A stretch of 64,000 nucleotides of DNA from Macrostomum hystrix (taxonomy: Eukaryota > Animalia > Platyhelminthes): contig CATNEN010000020.1 in the NCBI GenBank assembly GCA_950097015.1, positions 31,025 to 95,024 of the forward strand, in the 5' to 3' direction. Shown one piece after another: positions 36,839-49,076 of the stretch. Positions within the stretch are counted from its first letter, which is position 1; the number at the start of each line of letters is the position of its first letter. Under the pieces are notes generated by a model that worked only from the letters and a program-made list of their open reading frames with translations, was not told the DNA's origin and did not search any database. The position numbers and the translations under genes are program-made.

Positions 36839-37703
36839 AGACCTGACATTAGCAACTCAGTTTTAGTTTAAGCACAAGATTAAACAAATGAAAATTCGCG
36901 TGCAGTTTTTGTGCATTTTTATTCGTAGTTTCAGTCGCGAAGAGGTTTTATAAAATCTTTATTATAGATAATAAAGAGGTTAAGTACGCAATTTAGAATG
37001 TTACTTGATACGTTTTTAGTAGCGTAAACCAAACCCTCAGTTAAAAGTTACTTTATAATCGTTACTCAAAATCACTTTGTACATCTACAAACAGCTACAT
37101 CTTTATGAAGCACCATGCCTGCAGACGTAGTACTTCTGTCTCTGCGACCCTGCAAATAAAAACACAAATGTTCTGCTTTATAACAATGATTAAATATGAA
37201 ATATTATTTTGCAAAGCAATTAAAATAGGCTTTGGAATTGTTTTCTAGTTGCTATTATTTGAGTTGCAGGGTGTTGGTTTGCAGCCAGACTGGTTCGCTA
37301 ATTTCGCATCGCCAAGTTTGCCAATTTTGTGCTGCCCTAAAAAGCCGATCGATAGTTGGCTGTTTCTAGACTTCTTCATTATAAGTTAGACTTGTATGTA
37401 CATTGGCTTCCCAAATGGGTGGGTGGGTTTGTTGTGTGTGAATAAAGTGTTCGCAGCCAACGCCTTTTGGCCATAGAATGTTAAGCCAAGAAAGATCTGG
37501 GGTTTATGGACCGAGCCCTCTTGCGCGCTGGGTACAGGACATCTCTTATTAGCGATCGAGAAGAAATAGCCTGAAGAAGACTTTCACGTCAAGCCAAGAG
37601 CCCCGACCACGAGCATTTTTTCCGCGCTTAGTTGCGACATTTTAAGTCAGTCAGTTTCGAAACTTGAACAAAAAATTATCAGTTGAGAAAAAAGCGGTAA
37701 AAA

Positions 37704-39496
37704 ATGACGTCAACTGAAATTCTGGGCATGGACACAAACAATTCTTCGTGCGGCTCAAGTGATAACGGTGAGTAAACAATTCTTTTTTTAAATGATATCT
37801 AGTTAAACTCATGGGGGCAATCTTATCTTGATCGGGGCAGGGATATAAATTCTAGCCATTGATATTTTATTATCTTAATTCGACCGATCCAGCTGTATTT
37901 AACATCACTTTCACACTTTGACACTGCCTAAAGTGTGAAGACTTTGCGGGGCTCTAGATAAGGTGTGAAATGGGGTGGGTGTCTCAGCTTGTCCTTATTT
38001 TTAATGGCCGGACAGAGCAGGACGGACTGCAGACCTGCGGGCTTGTTTTCTATGCGGTTTGAGATTGAATCTCCTCATACAGAGGCTATAAGAGGTTATT
38101 GCATTGAATGAACGAATTAAACGCTTTGCATTGGCTACAGTGCCTACAAGCCAAATCTGTCTAACTTGTCTTCTGACCGCTATATTTTGTGTGTGAAGGA
38201 GGATCAATATATGGGTCCTAAAAGCAGACTGATAAGTGATTGGAAGAAAGTCTATTTGCTTTGCACTAGCCACCAACCACGATTTCTCTATTCACTCTAG
38301 TAGTTAATCCCCAATAGTTTCTCGTTTACCTTTTCTTGTTCTTGTTGACTCGTTCTTAGTGACATTCACTGCAATATCCAGCGACTCGAAATGGCATTTT
38401 AGAGAATCGCACCAACCTGATCGTGAACTACTTGCCGCCGTCGATGGCTCAGGAGGACGTTCGCGCCCTGTTTTCTAGCATCGGCGAAGTCGAAAGCTGC
38501 AAGCTGGTCCGGGACCGAACCACCGGAGAGAGCCTTGGCTACGCTTTCGTAAAATTCATGCAGCCGAAGGAGGCGGACAAGGCCATTAAGACGCTAAACG
38601 GCCTGCGACTACAGAACAAGACCATTAAGGTGTCGCTTGCACGGCCCAGCTCCGAGGCTATCAAGGGGGCCAACCTGTATATCTGCGGCCTCCCAAAGCG
38701 AATGACCCAGGAGGAGCTTTCCCGTCTGTTTTCCCAGTGCGGTAAGATAATCACGCTGCGCATTCTATACGACAACAAGACTGGCCTGTCGCGCGGCGTT
38801 GCTTTCATAAGATTTGACCAACGCAGCGAGGCCGAAGACGCCATCAAGCAGCTGAACGGCTTCACACCGGAGGACGGCTCAGAGCCAATCACGGTGAAAT
38901 TCGCCAACAGCCCCAGCGCGGCCAGACAAGAGAGTAGCAACATTGTCAACAGCTTCTTGAAGCAGTGCAGCATGCAGTCACCGTCGACTGCCAAGTTGGG
39001 TAGCCCCATACAGCACCTGGCAGCTTTGACCAACAACTACAGTAAGTACCAGAGCCCTAACGGTATTGGTGGCATCGGTGATCTAATGGCCGCAGCCAGC
39101 AGCCTGCCAAATTCAGCCCTGCTGGCCCAGTCGATGGTTGCTCAGGGCGGCGGCATGACCTCAAGCGGCAGTTGGAGCATCTTCGTTTACAACCTTGCCC
39201 CGGAAACTGAAGACCGCATCCTCTGGGAGCTCTTCGGTCCATTCGGCGCTGTCCAGACTGTGAAAGTGATTCGCGATCCCAGTACTAGCAAGTGCCGTGG
39301 ATTCGGCTTTGTCACAATGAGCAACTACGAGGAGGCCCTGCTGGCAATTCAGTCGCTGAACGGCTACACGGTGGGCAACCGAACCCTGCAGGTGTCCTTC
39401 AAGTCGGCCGCCAGTCCTAAGAGCATGGGCGCTGCCAAGGCTCTCAGCGGAATGCTCCGCAGCTCGACCAGCCCCGACTCGCAGGCTGTCAACTGA
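37704..39496 (+). CDS. elav: ELAV/Hu-family RNA-binding protein (3 RRMs)
   Basis: Exon 37704-37767 (ATG...AAC G|GTGAGT) joins 38403-39496. [42 protein letters not shown] and RGFGFVTM are diagnostic ELAV RRM motifs. Confidence 0.93.
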
Positions 39497-40938
39497 TGCG
39501 AATGACTACCTGAACACACGCCACAGGCTGTAGGCGCAAGTGACTTTTCATTGCCTTGTATTTTAGATGCAAAGACAAAAAGCAAGCTAACCGAGGCACC
39601 GAGGCCTAAGTCTGAGCAGATGAGCTTTTTAACAAAAAATCACCGAGGAAGAAAAAATTGCAAGAAAAACAGACGAGTCGCCATCGAAGGTTTGCAGCTG
39701 CAGTAGCTTTGCTTTTGTATCTCTGTACGATTGGTGTTGCTTTCCAAAAAAGTTTAAGCAAGTTATTTTGCCTGCATGGCTTGTTATTCTTTAACGCCTT
39801 ACGGCTCCTTAAACCCAGGCCCCGCTTCTCTTTCTGCTCTCCATTGCTCTCTTCCACAACTTTTGCATCCGCCTCTGATTTCTAGAAAAAGCTTAGTTCT
39901 TATACTGTACTTTCATGTGCCCCAGCTGCCCGAACTCGCACTTGCTCGACCTTCGCTTCCTTCACCGCGCGGTGAAGTCTCCCTAATTCAGTCTCGCTGC
40001 GTCTCTTAAACAAATTGCTTCGAAAGGAAAAGAAATTAAGCAAAGAGTTACATTTTCCATGGTTTTAATTCTCTGCTGTGCGAATTAATTTTCTGTCAGT
40101 GCGAATGCGGCCAAGAACGGCGTTCTCTCCAACTTCACTTCCACCTGCAGCATGATGCTCAAAGCTGTTTTTTTAGTTGATTTTCAGTACTAGTTTCTTA
40201 CGTTCATTGTTTTTTTAATACGGTTTTCAGTTTATCATTTTAAATTCTCTTTAAATAAATACTTTCAACTCGACGACCAGCGAAAAACACACAGAGAAAC
40301 AGAGCGCTCTTCATTCTCCCAAATTGACGCACCAAAATGGATACCTGTCATAGAGACAAATTTACTGCGTTTTAATGCTTTTTATTTAATAATGATAATC
40401 CTTTAATAAAGGCTTTTTAGTCTTCTGGGGCCTAGGGATAGATTAGTCAATGGAGTTTTCGATGCAATGCTATATGCAGTACAAGGGGTCCCGCAAAATG
40501 GTATAGGCTGCTTCTAGCAAATAATCTGTGCTTGGAAATGTGTAAGAATCGGGTTAAAACTAGCTGAATGAAATTTGCAGGCAATTTGCAGACGTGAGAC
40601 GTGTTTATATTGTATGAACTTTGCTTGCATGTCAACGAGGTGAATTCCTAATCATCAGACAACATAAAATCCCACGTGTCATACTTTTTCACTTCAAAAA
40701 ATTAGTTAACATATTTTGCGGGCTTACTTATAGTAGCAAATATGTATTGTACCAGGATGGGTACGAGGAAAAACAGAATCATCACAGTCTAGATTTTAGA
40801 TTTTCATTCCAGTTTATTTTTGCGCATATTTTGCCGCTAATAGGTTTTTTATATCGGATAAATGTTTTTAAACGAGCCAAATTTCGAGCACACCACCGTG
40901 GTCATGGTGTTTCTTTAATATACCAAGCACCGGTTTTG

Positions 40939-42622
40939 TTAAGAAGCTCTAGCCGAAGCGCCGGAAGTAGAACCTTCCCTCTCCCTACAAAGCAGGAACT
41001 GGTGATAGAACTGAGTCTTGGTCGTCGCATCCAACTGTTGGAAACTGTCCAGCTTCACAATATCCGTGTAGCTAGAGTGGCATACAAGCCGCATCAGGGC
41101 CCGGCCCAGGGCTTCCTCACCCAGGTGGCTGACTGTCGTGCGCCAGATTGTCACCAGATCGTCGGGCGTCCAGCGCACCTTCGAGCTGACGGGTCCGTCT
41201 GTTGCCGTCGTTGACGGTGAGGATGAGGCCTCGGTTGCGTTGCTGGCAGCGTCAGCGGGACGTCGAGTTCCAGCCTCGGCTAGCAGCACGCACTCGTTGA
41301 CAAAGACTGCGCAGCGTTTGACAACGCCGGACACAGAATAACGGACCGCTATGCGAGCCATTGTGTTGAAGGTGTCAAATCTCGCCAAATCGTAGAACAG
41401 CTGAGCCTGCAGGTAGAATAGGAATACCTTCATGTCGGTCAGGCAGAACTCGCTGCAGTCCAGAGAGTTGGCCGCAGAGTCGGATAGACGAGTCTTCCAC
41501 AGTGTCGACTCGCGCATCAGCAAGGTGCGCTCGGCGCAGAGGGAACCATCGGAGCAGTTCACCTGACAATTAGTTTCCAATACGCGTACACTTTTTACAA
41601 ACTGAACGAGCAAATGCCAAGACAATAAACAGCTAAAGTAGACGCGACTCACATGCACCATCTCCTTTTCTTCGTCGTTAAGTGAAGTCCACTGGAAGGT
41701 GGGGACCCGCGGAGCCAGCAGGAAGCTGGGCGCTGCCGAGGTGACGTCGAACAGCAGGCGTATCTCCACCAGCTGAGCCGATGTGGAGCCGGTCTCAAAA
41801 TCGCTTAACTGAAGAAGGCCGCCGAAACGAACGGCTGGCGAATCGTCGCGCACCTGAAGAAACATTTATAGGCTTGCTGCGTTGAGAGATTTGAGCATTT
41901 CTTGTTGGTAGACTTGAGCATTTCTGGTTGGTAGACTTGAGCATTTCTGGGTGGTAGACTTTAGCATTTCTGGGTGGTAGACTTTAGCATTTCTGGGTGG
42001 TAGATTTGAGGATTTCAGGATGGTAGACTTGAGCATTTCTGGTGGTAGATTTGAGGATTTCAGGGTGGTAGACTTGAGCATTTCTGGGTGGTAGATTTGA
42101 GGATTTCAGGGTGGTAGACTTGAGCATTTCTGGGTGGTAGACTTGAAGATTTCAGGGTGCTAGATTTGAGCATTTCTGGGTGCTAGACTTAAGGAGGTGG
42201 TAGGCCCGAGGATGCAAGAGACAGGCAAGTTAACCACTCCACTCGACCACCGCCAGTCTCCATGAGGATATTATGAACTTTACCTCGACTCCCTCCAGCC
42301 ACGGATGGTTGCGCACGACAGTGTCGCCAACCAGAACTCGCAGCTTGAGGCGCATAGTCAGCGCGCACTCGCAGCAGACACCGAAGCAGCGTACAACCAG
42401 AATGCCGCTGTAGGAGGCGCTGCCGTCTAAAGAGGAACCGTCTGACCCCTCTTCGCTGTCGTTGCGCACCAAGAAGGCGCAGGTGACATTCCGATGCTTC
42501 AGCCCGTCGTTGCGCACCAGAGTGCGAATTATCCGAGCACCCGGCAGCAGGCTCACGATTTCGTCTCGCAGGAAGCGGCAGCGCACGCCGTAGCGAAGCT
42601 CTTCATCGTCCGTCGCCTGCAT
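40939..42622 (-). CDS. Divergent BTB/POZ protein with MATH-like N-terminal and BACK-like C-terminal regions, ~417 aa
   Basis: Exons 42284-42622 (donor GAG|GTAAAG) and 40939-41853, phase 0. NCQVNCSDGSLCAERTLLMRESTLWKTRL...DMKVFLFYL...MARIAVRYSVSGVVKRCAVFV follows the BTB pattern. MATH and BACK assignments are by eye only. Confidence 0.6.
41885..42195. repeat. 23-24-bp minisatellite (TTGAGCATTTCTGGGTGGTAGAC) filling the BTB-gene intron
   Basis: Direct reading; ~13 copies. Confidence 0.9.
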
Positions 42623-43083
42623 GCCCCTTTTCTTTCGAATCGAATGTGTTGGAACCTGCAATGGGGGACTGGATTTAAAGGATTATACGCTTGGTTCTTA
42701 AGTGTGTGAGTCAGTCGAGTTGATGAAGAATGGAGCCCGGGGCACACGCACGGCTATTTTCTGTACAATTGTGCCATTGTACGAATCAGAGCCAGACCCG
42801 CCTGCGTGCACCCTCGCACAATGCGCGGTGTCGTTTTTGAGGCAGTTCTGTGCAGTTCTCTAATAGAATGCAAGATCGCTCAGTTCGACTCAGCATGTCT
42901 CTGCCCGCCCTCTGCCCCGCCTCATTTCATTTCTCTGGAGTGAGCTGGAGAGAACGCTTTTAAGAGCGCAGACTTTTCTGCTGAGAAGATAAAGGCTTGA
43001 GTACCGCGGTTTTACAACATTACAATTTTTTTGAACTGCAAGATTAAAACAGTAGAACGACCACTCTATTTTTCCCCATTGGG

Positions 43084-43370
43084 AAAGACCACAGGGATAT
43101 TTCAAATACCCAAAGCCTACTTCACGATAGCTCCCAAACCGGATGATCGATTTTCGTGAAAGTCCACCATGTGGATCAAAATTTTCCACCCTTTACGATG
43201 AGCTAACTTTCAAAGCCGTCCGAGTCAGCATCGTCGAGATATTCAGTGATGCTAGTCGAATCGGATAGAGCGGAAAATTTCAGCCCGCGGTTTTCATGGC
43301 GATTGGTTGAAACTTTTATGGGATATTGTAAAAAGAAAAATGTTAGCATTTGAAATACCCCGTGGTCTTT
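43084..43370. mobile_element. MITE with ~24-bp TIRs containing the palindrome GGGTATTT(C/G)AAATACCC
   Basis: AAAGACCACAGGGATATTTCAAAT vs reverse complement of right end AAAGACCACGGGGTATTTCAAAT. Related sequence at ~36145-36240, 46505-47040 and 61234-61438. Confidence 0.75.
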
Positions 43371-43714
43371 TGCTGTTTTTACAAGCATCGGGTAACTAAG
43401 AGACTTATGCGATAATAAAAGTACACCTTCATAAAAATAACAAATTTAGAAAAGTTTAAAGGAATAGAATGATTCGTATACGATGATCTTAAATATATGT
43501 AAAGTGGGACTGAATGCCAACAACGGGTATTACCGTCAAACTACGCATAAATTTCAATAATTAAATACGCTAAGGAAGGTTGTTGCCATAATTGGATTTG
43601 CCTTAAAAAATATCCCACCTACTATAAATTCTTTATGAATAAAAAATAATTTTGTGGATGACTTAATCGATGGTTGAGCAGCTAGCAAAATTGAAAATTA
43701 AACCATCTATGGCC

Positions 43715-44023
43715 ATAATAATAATTGATAATAATCGATTACACCTGTCCCAATTGGGCCAGACGTGCAGCCGACAGCGCAGCCGCAGCTATTGCGCGGT
43801 GCATCTGATGGCTGCGTACGGCTGTTCAGTCCATGGACTGGGGGGACGCCACACCCACCCTCAATTATCCCAGCTGATGCTGGTACCCATTTAACAGCTG
43901 GGTGAACTGAAGCAATGCAGAGTTAAGTGTCTTGCTAAAGGACACAAATTGTTCCAGTGGAGTCGGGAATCGAACCCCCGACCTTCAAGTCGTGAGTCCG
44001 ACGCTCTAACCACTAGGCTACGG
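43715..44023 (-). mobile_element. tRNA-derived SINE, family B (full length)
   Basis: Reverse complement: CCGTAGCCTAGTGGTTAGAGCGTCGGACTCACGACTTGAAGGTCGGGGGTTCGATTCCCGACTCCACT, then CORE-like body and (TAT)n tail. Confidence 0.85.
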
Positions 44024-44751
44024 TCTAACCAATAGCCATATATGGATAACATTGGCCCGGTGCCATTTATTCAAGTGGCAAGAGATATACAATGCCTCCC
44101 AGAACTAGATAAAAATGCAGATGATTAAACACCAAACATGCTCAACACATTATAGTGGATCCATTGAGCAGACATGACTCCAACCAACGGTGCAGAGCTG
44201 TGTGTCCCAGAGTGCACTTTTCTGGTTTCTCTCAGCAAATTTAGTGGTCTGCCATGGCCAGTCATATCGGAGTCAAGTCAATCAATCTGGGCTCTCAGTG
44301 TCACTCAGCCAGCTATTGCTGCAGGACAGAACAGAAGGGAGAGAGCGAAGAGGCAGAGGACAGAGGCAGTCAACTCGCAGCCCTCTCTCACCTGGCCCAA
44401 TTGCGCAGTGAATCCAGCACACAAGGCTGCAGTTCAGGCCTTGCGTACACCCCAACACTGAGTACGCGACTTCTCATTGCCAATAACCAAACAGCGCAGC
44501 ACTCCATTGTGCGGGCACAGCTTCTCAGAGTTAGCCTCATCCATTCAAGCTAACTTTTTTCAGTCCTATAGTCTACTCTCTACACCTTGTGAGTCCAGGT
44601 AAAAAAAGATATTTTAGCACTCAGAAGCACGCGATCAGTGTGAGTCCCTAAGAGCAGCGTAGAGTCGAGAGTCCTAAAGAGAAGGGACAGGCAGAAAAGT
44701 GACCATTTAAAGTTTTTTAATTAGCAACTACGAGTAAAAAGTGCAAAAGCG

Positions 44752-47700
44752 ATGACCGAACGGAAACGACGTGGTCGAGACAGCAAAGCGGCAGCCACTG
44801 CGGGGGCAGCCAATGCAGAGACAGCGGACGCGCCCGCTCCTGTGAGCGCCCGAACCCTGCGACTCTTCACTGTAGCAGACGCAGCCGCCGTGGCTAGCGA
44901 ACCGTCCGCGCCGTCCAAGAATCCTCGCTGGCTGCAGCAGCGGGAGAAGGTGATGCAACCTGCTGAACTTAGAAACTTAGCAACTAGCCTTCGTGCTGAC
45001 GCGCGTGTTGTTTGTTGACATTATTGATTGCTATGCACTTTTGGTGACATTAACGTCTTAATGTCGTTCTAGTTCATAGACTAAAGTTTAGTAGACCAAC
45101 ATTCAAGGAAAAGCTTAGTCAAACTTTTTTTGTCTATGGTAGGAACCCCCTTCTAACACGTCGCAGTTAATACCCATAGACAGATATAGATTTCAATAAT
45201 AATGCACTGATATCATAAAACAACTATAGTTTTATTCTGTTTCCTTACCAGTGATCAAGTTAATTTATCAAGTTGACTCTGTTAAAAAGTATTTTTATAG
45301 GCTTAGTAAAGAAAATATCACGTAGATCAACATTTTCAGGAATAAAACTTACCTAAATTCGTTGGACCAAAATAAAAGAGTTATAAAAACTAGAGCTTTG
45401 GATCTGCTTCCAATAAAAAAACGATCTGCATTTAAAATGTGAAAAAGTTAAAAGTTTCGTATCTTAGTATTCGTATAGTGTATTTTTCAGCAGAACCTGC
45501 CTCCAAAACGTTTTCTAAGAAACTTCCTAGAAACCTCCCGTCCTTCTACTCCTAGATGTCCTTTTTCCTACAGTATCCCCTAGCCTCCTACTAGAGCAGG
45601 TTCCTCCTCCAAATTCACATCAATTAACAAAGAGACGATCGCCCTTGAATCCGCCAGGAGCTTCGCAGCGAAGCCATCCGTGAGCGCATGCTTGACCTGG
45701 TAGCCCAGATCGAGAAGGAGGAGGCTCTCAAGAAGCCCGCCCTGCGCAAGGCCTGGCTGCACGAGAAGAAGATGGAGCTGCGTCGGCTGTCCTTCAAGCA
45801 GCCGGAGGACATCATTGCCTGCGAGGACTACATGCGGCGGGCTCGGCGGAAGCTGCGCGAGGCTCGGCGCAAACAGCGGGAAAAGCACGGTAGAGAAAGC
45901 GAAGAGGGCGAAGACGATGGCTCCACCAGTGACAGCGGCAGCGAGGAAGACGGCGTCAGCAGCAAAGGCAAAGAAAAAGGCAAGAAAGAGCAGAAGCCCG
46001 GCGATGAAGCGACTCCAAGGAAGTTCAGAGGCGCGACTGCTGTGGCGAGAAGGAGCTCAGAAAGAAATGGGCTAAGCCGGGGCAATCACAGCAGCGAGGA
46101 CGAAGCTGATGACAAGAGTAGCGACCAGGTGAGCCCAAGATGGCACCTGGCTTCTCAAATCAAGCAGTCTCTACTCCACTCAAAATTCAAAACCAAATTA
46201 ATCCTTCACAATTTCAGTCTGACTCAGGCGGGGTGTTCAACCTCAATCCGACGGGTAGAATCGCGAGGCCAAATCCAAGGGCGTCGAATTTGTCAGAGGT
46301 TAGATCGAGACTGCAGACTTTGCAGCGAGGAGGCCTGGGCTGGCTTTCTGCTTGTGGCGAGAAAGATTCGAATATAAAAAACCTGGATTTCTAGTTTTGT
46401 TACCTGGAATTCTGCATTTCTTGCGTATTCGAAGCGGGCAGGTAGCAAAAGGGATGCCAACTCAAGGCTGATTTCAGTGGGTTTGGGAGCGATCGTGAAG
46501 TAGGCAGTGGGCCTTTGAAATACCAATCCTCAAACCAAACCAAACCAAACCAAACCAAACCAAACCAAACCAAACCAAACCAAACCAAACCAAACCAAAC
46601 CAAACCAAACCAAACCAAACCAAACCAAACCACTCATCCTCAAATGACCGATTTTCGTGAAAGTCCACCATATGGATCTAAATTTTCCACCCTTTACGAT
46701 AAACTAAATTTTAAAGCCATACGAGTCAGCATCGTCGAGATATCCAGCGATTCTTGTGATGGTAAGAGACTCTGGTGACAAGGACAAATAACATTCTCTG
46801 TAAAAACGTCTATGGCGAATCCACAATTAACAATTTATTCAATCCAAAATAGTCAACAATGATTACCTGATGAAATTTTGTGAGCAGAAAACTATGCCTA
46901 CATTGGTGGTTTGTGCCACCAGACTCCCCGACGAGAATCGTTGAATATCTCGACGATGCCGTTGTTTGATGATTTTTAAAGTTGCTTCATCGGATAGAGC
47001 GGAAAATTTTAGCCATTGTTCAACCAAAATCTTAAAATTCTCACAGGACGAATCAGAGCGGGTCTCTAAGCGACAAAATAATTTAAAGAAAATGGGCAAA
47101 GTGTTTCGTGTAAGTCACTCATTGAAAATTGTAATATGTACTATTGGAAGTTTGCTAGACTTATATTCTCTGGAAGGAAGTGGAATGGAAGAACCCTCTG
47201 TGCTCCCGCAGTACCCCCTGGAGTCCGGTTTCAAGCTGGGCAGAAAGATTCGAAAGCAACGCGAGAAGCGCAAAGCGTCTTCGGCACACGGAAGCTCCAC
47301 AGGCGGCGGCGAGCCAGAAGCTGACGATGACGGCGGAGAATGGGGCGAGCGAGTCGTCACGGGCCCACGTCAGCTTGAACGACGTCGAAGATCATCGACC
47401 TCGGAGGCGGACACAATGCGACGACGCGACGCCGGGGTCCGCGTGATTGTAGCGGATGACAGTGACGGCGATGGCGGCAGCAGCAGCAGCAGCGGCAGCA
47501 AGGCCGAGGCCGACAAGATCCCTGAGCTGCAGGAGTCAGTCGGCAAGAAGATACGCGACCGGCTGGCCATTCGACGCCCGCGTTGGCGAGCATCGCGAAA
47601 CAGCAGCGGCAGCGACGGCGAAGCCGACGGCGACGACTTTGACCACAAAATTGGCGACGAGGGCGACGGTGCCGGAAAAGAGAAGAAGAAGAAAAGAGAG

Positions 47701-47964
47701 AAGGATAAAAAGGAAAAAGAAAAGAAGGCTGAAGACAAGAACAAAAGTACAGAGTCCAAAACGCGACGCGAGAATGAAAACTCGCAAGACGATGAAGAGG
47801 CTCGAGACAAGCAGAAAAGTTCCAAGAATAAAGACAAAAAGCAGTCCAAAAACTCAAAGCAGAAGGAAAAGGAAGCAGAAAGGACAGTGGGCCTGCGAGA
47901 CGAGGAGCGCAATGGTGGTAGAGTGAACAATGCTGTGGAATTCGTTGAGCTGGAGGATGACTAG
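44752..47964 (+). CDS. Uncharacterised highly charged (K/E/R/S/D-rich) probably nuclear protein, ~503 aa
   Basis: Exons 44752-44949, 45658-46128, 46218-46254, 47159-47964 sum to 1512 nt in frame with GT/AG sites. No domain recognised; the exon 3/4 junction is the least certain. Confidence 0.6.
46505..47040. mobile_element. Rearranged copies of the palindromic-TIR MITE family with an internal (CAAAC)n microsatellite (46523-46630)
   Basis: TTTTCGTGAAAGTCCACCA...TTTTCCACCCTTTACGAT...GAGTCAGCATCGTCGAGATAT is shared with 43150-43250; 46880-46965 is an inverted copy of sequence also at 61295-61350. Confidence 0.65.
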
Positions 47965-48599
47965 CTCCCCATGACGATGTGATGTCTAGCATCACACGAA
48001 TGTACAGTATAGATCACCCAAACTGTAAAAAAAATTTTCGCGCTATAACGGGCTCGCGTATGTACGAGACATGGGTCCGGTTTTTGGCGGTTTTTAGACT
48101 AACATCCACTACCGGCTATTTGATTAGTCAGCAAAAATTACCAATGTCATAAGTATGTTTGCGCACATTATGCTTTGTTTTTTTCAGGGGGAATCTCTAG
48201 AACAATAGATGCTTCAGTCTAGCATAACTCTCCCTTCGTTTTTATTCAAGGTGAGCAGCTTAGTAGCTTCAATGGGACCACAATCGGTATGACCGAGTCC
48301 TCATGGCGATGCTCATGCCCAAATTATGTTTCAACTTGCTAACACTTCTTCATTTGTCTTCTGAAGCTTGTCAGAAATGCAAATTTATTTTCGAATTATG
48401 CATCCTACGACAATTAAAATTGCTTGTGAACATTTTGGTTCAAAGTATATTGCTTGCTTGCAAACTAGCAACAGTCTTACGTGTAAACAATGAACAAGAC
48501 AAGACAGTCTTTGTTTTTTAGTAGAACTACCTGTACTAAAAAGTTGATTACGAGTCGGTTTTCACCTTTGTTGGTTTTTGTAGCCTTTGTTTTTGTCTT

Positions 48600-48790
48600 G
48601 GTAGTGGATCGGGCGTCGGACTCACGACTTGAAGGTCGGTGGTTCGATTCCCAACTTCACACTGCAAAGAATTGTGTCTATCAGCATGGTATTAATCTCC
48701 AGCTGTTAAATGGGTAGCAGCATTAGTCACATAACTGAGGATGGGGTGGGTGTTGTGCCCCAGTCCATGGACTGAGGCACAGAACTTCAG
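48600..48790 (+). mobile_element. SINE family B, 5'-eroded copy
   Basis: GCGTCGGACTCACGACTTGAAGGTCGGTGGTTCGATTCCC head remnant plus CCAGCTGTTAAATGGGTAGCAGCA body. Confidence 0.75.
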
Positions 48791-48879
48791 CGGGGCTTTT
48801 GTAATCAATTATGTGCGTGTTGCTTCTATGAGCTTTAATGAAAGAAAAAATAGACTCAGTTGGGTCAGAGACAAACAGC

Positions 48880-49010
48880 CAGTAGTGCCACGGCTATTAC
48901 GCAGCTGTTCAGTCCGTGAACTGGGCGCCGCACCCACCAAAATGTCTACTCCAGCTGATGCTGGCACTCATTTTACACCTATGTGAACTGAAAACCTGGG
49001 GGCTAATTGC
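48880..49010 (-). mobile_element. SINE family B body, inverted relative to the 48600 copy
   Basis: CTGTTCAGTCCGTGAACTGGGCGCCGCACCCACC...CAGCTGATGCTGGCACTCATTTTACACC matches family B on the minus strand. Confidence 0.7.
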
Positions 49011-49076
49011 TGAACACTCGTGCGAGTTCTCTGAGTTCAGCTATCAGCAACCCGCAGCAGTCAATCCAACTCGTCG

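Noticed and set aside
40381-40410. Overlapping convergent 3' ends of ELAV and the BTB gene (opposed AATAAA at 40381-86 and 40405-10)
   Set aside because: The BTB gene has a nearer minus-strand AATAAA at 40813-18, and hexamers are common in this AT-rich stretch.
44174-44553. Short overlapping ORFs upstream of the charged-protein gene; also 27073-27357, 30526-30946 and 33406-33636
   Set aside because: No recognisable motifs or convincing splice linkage.
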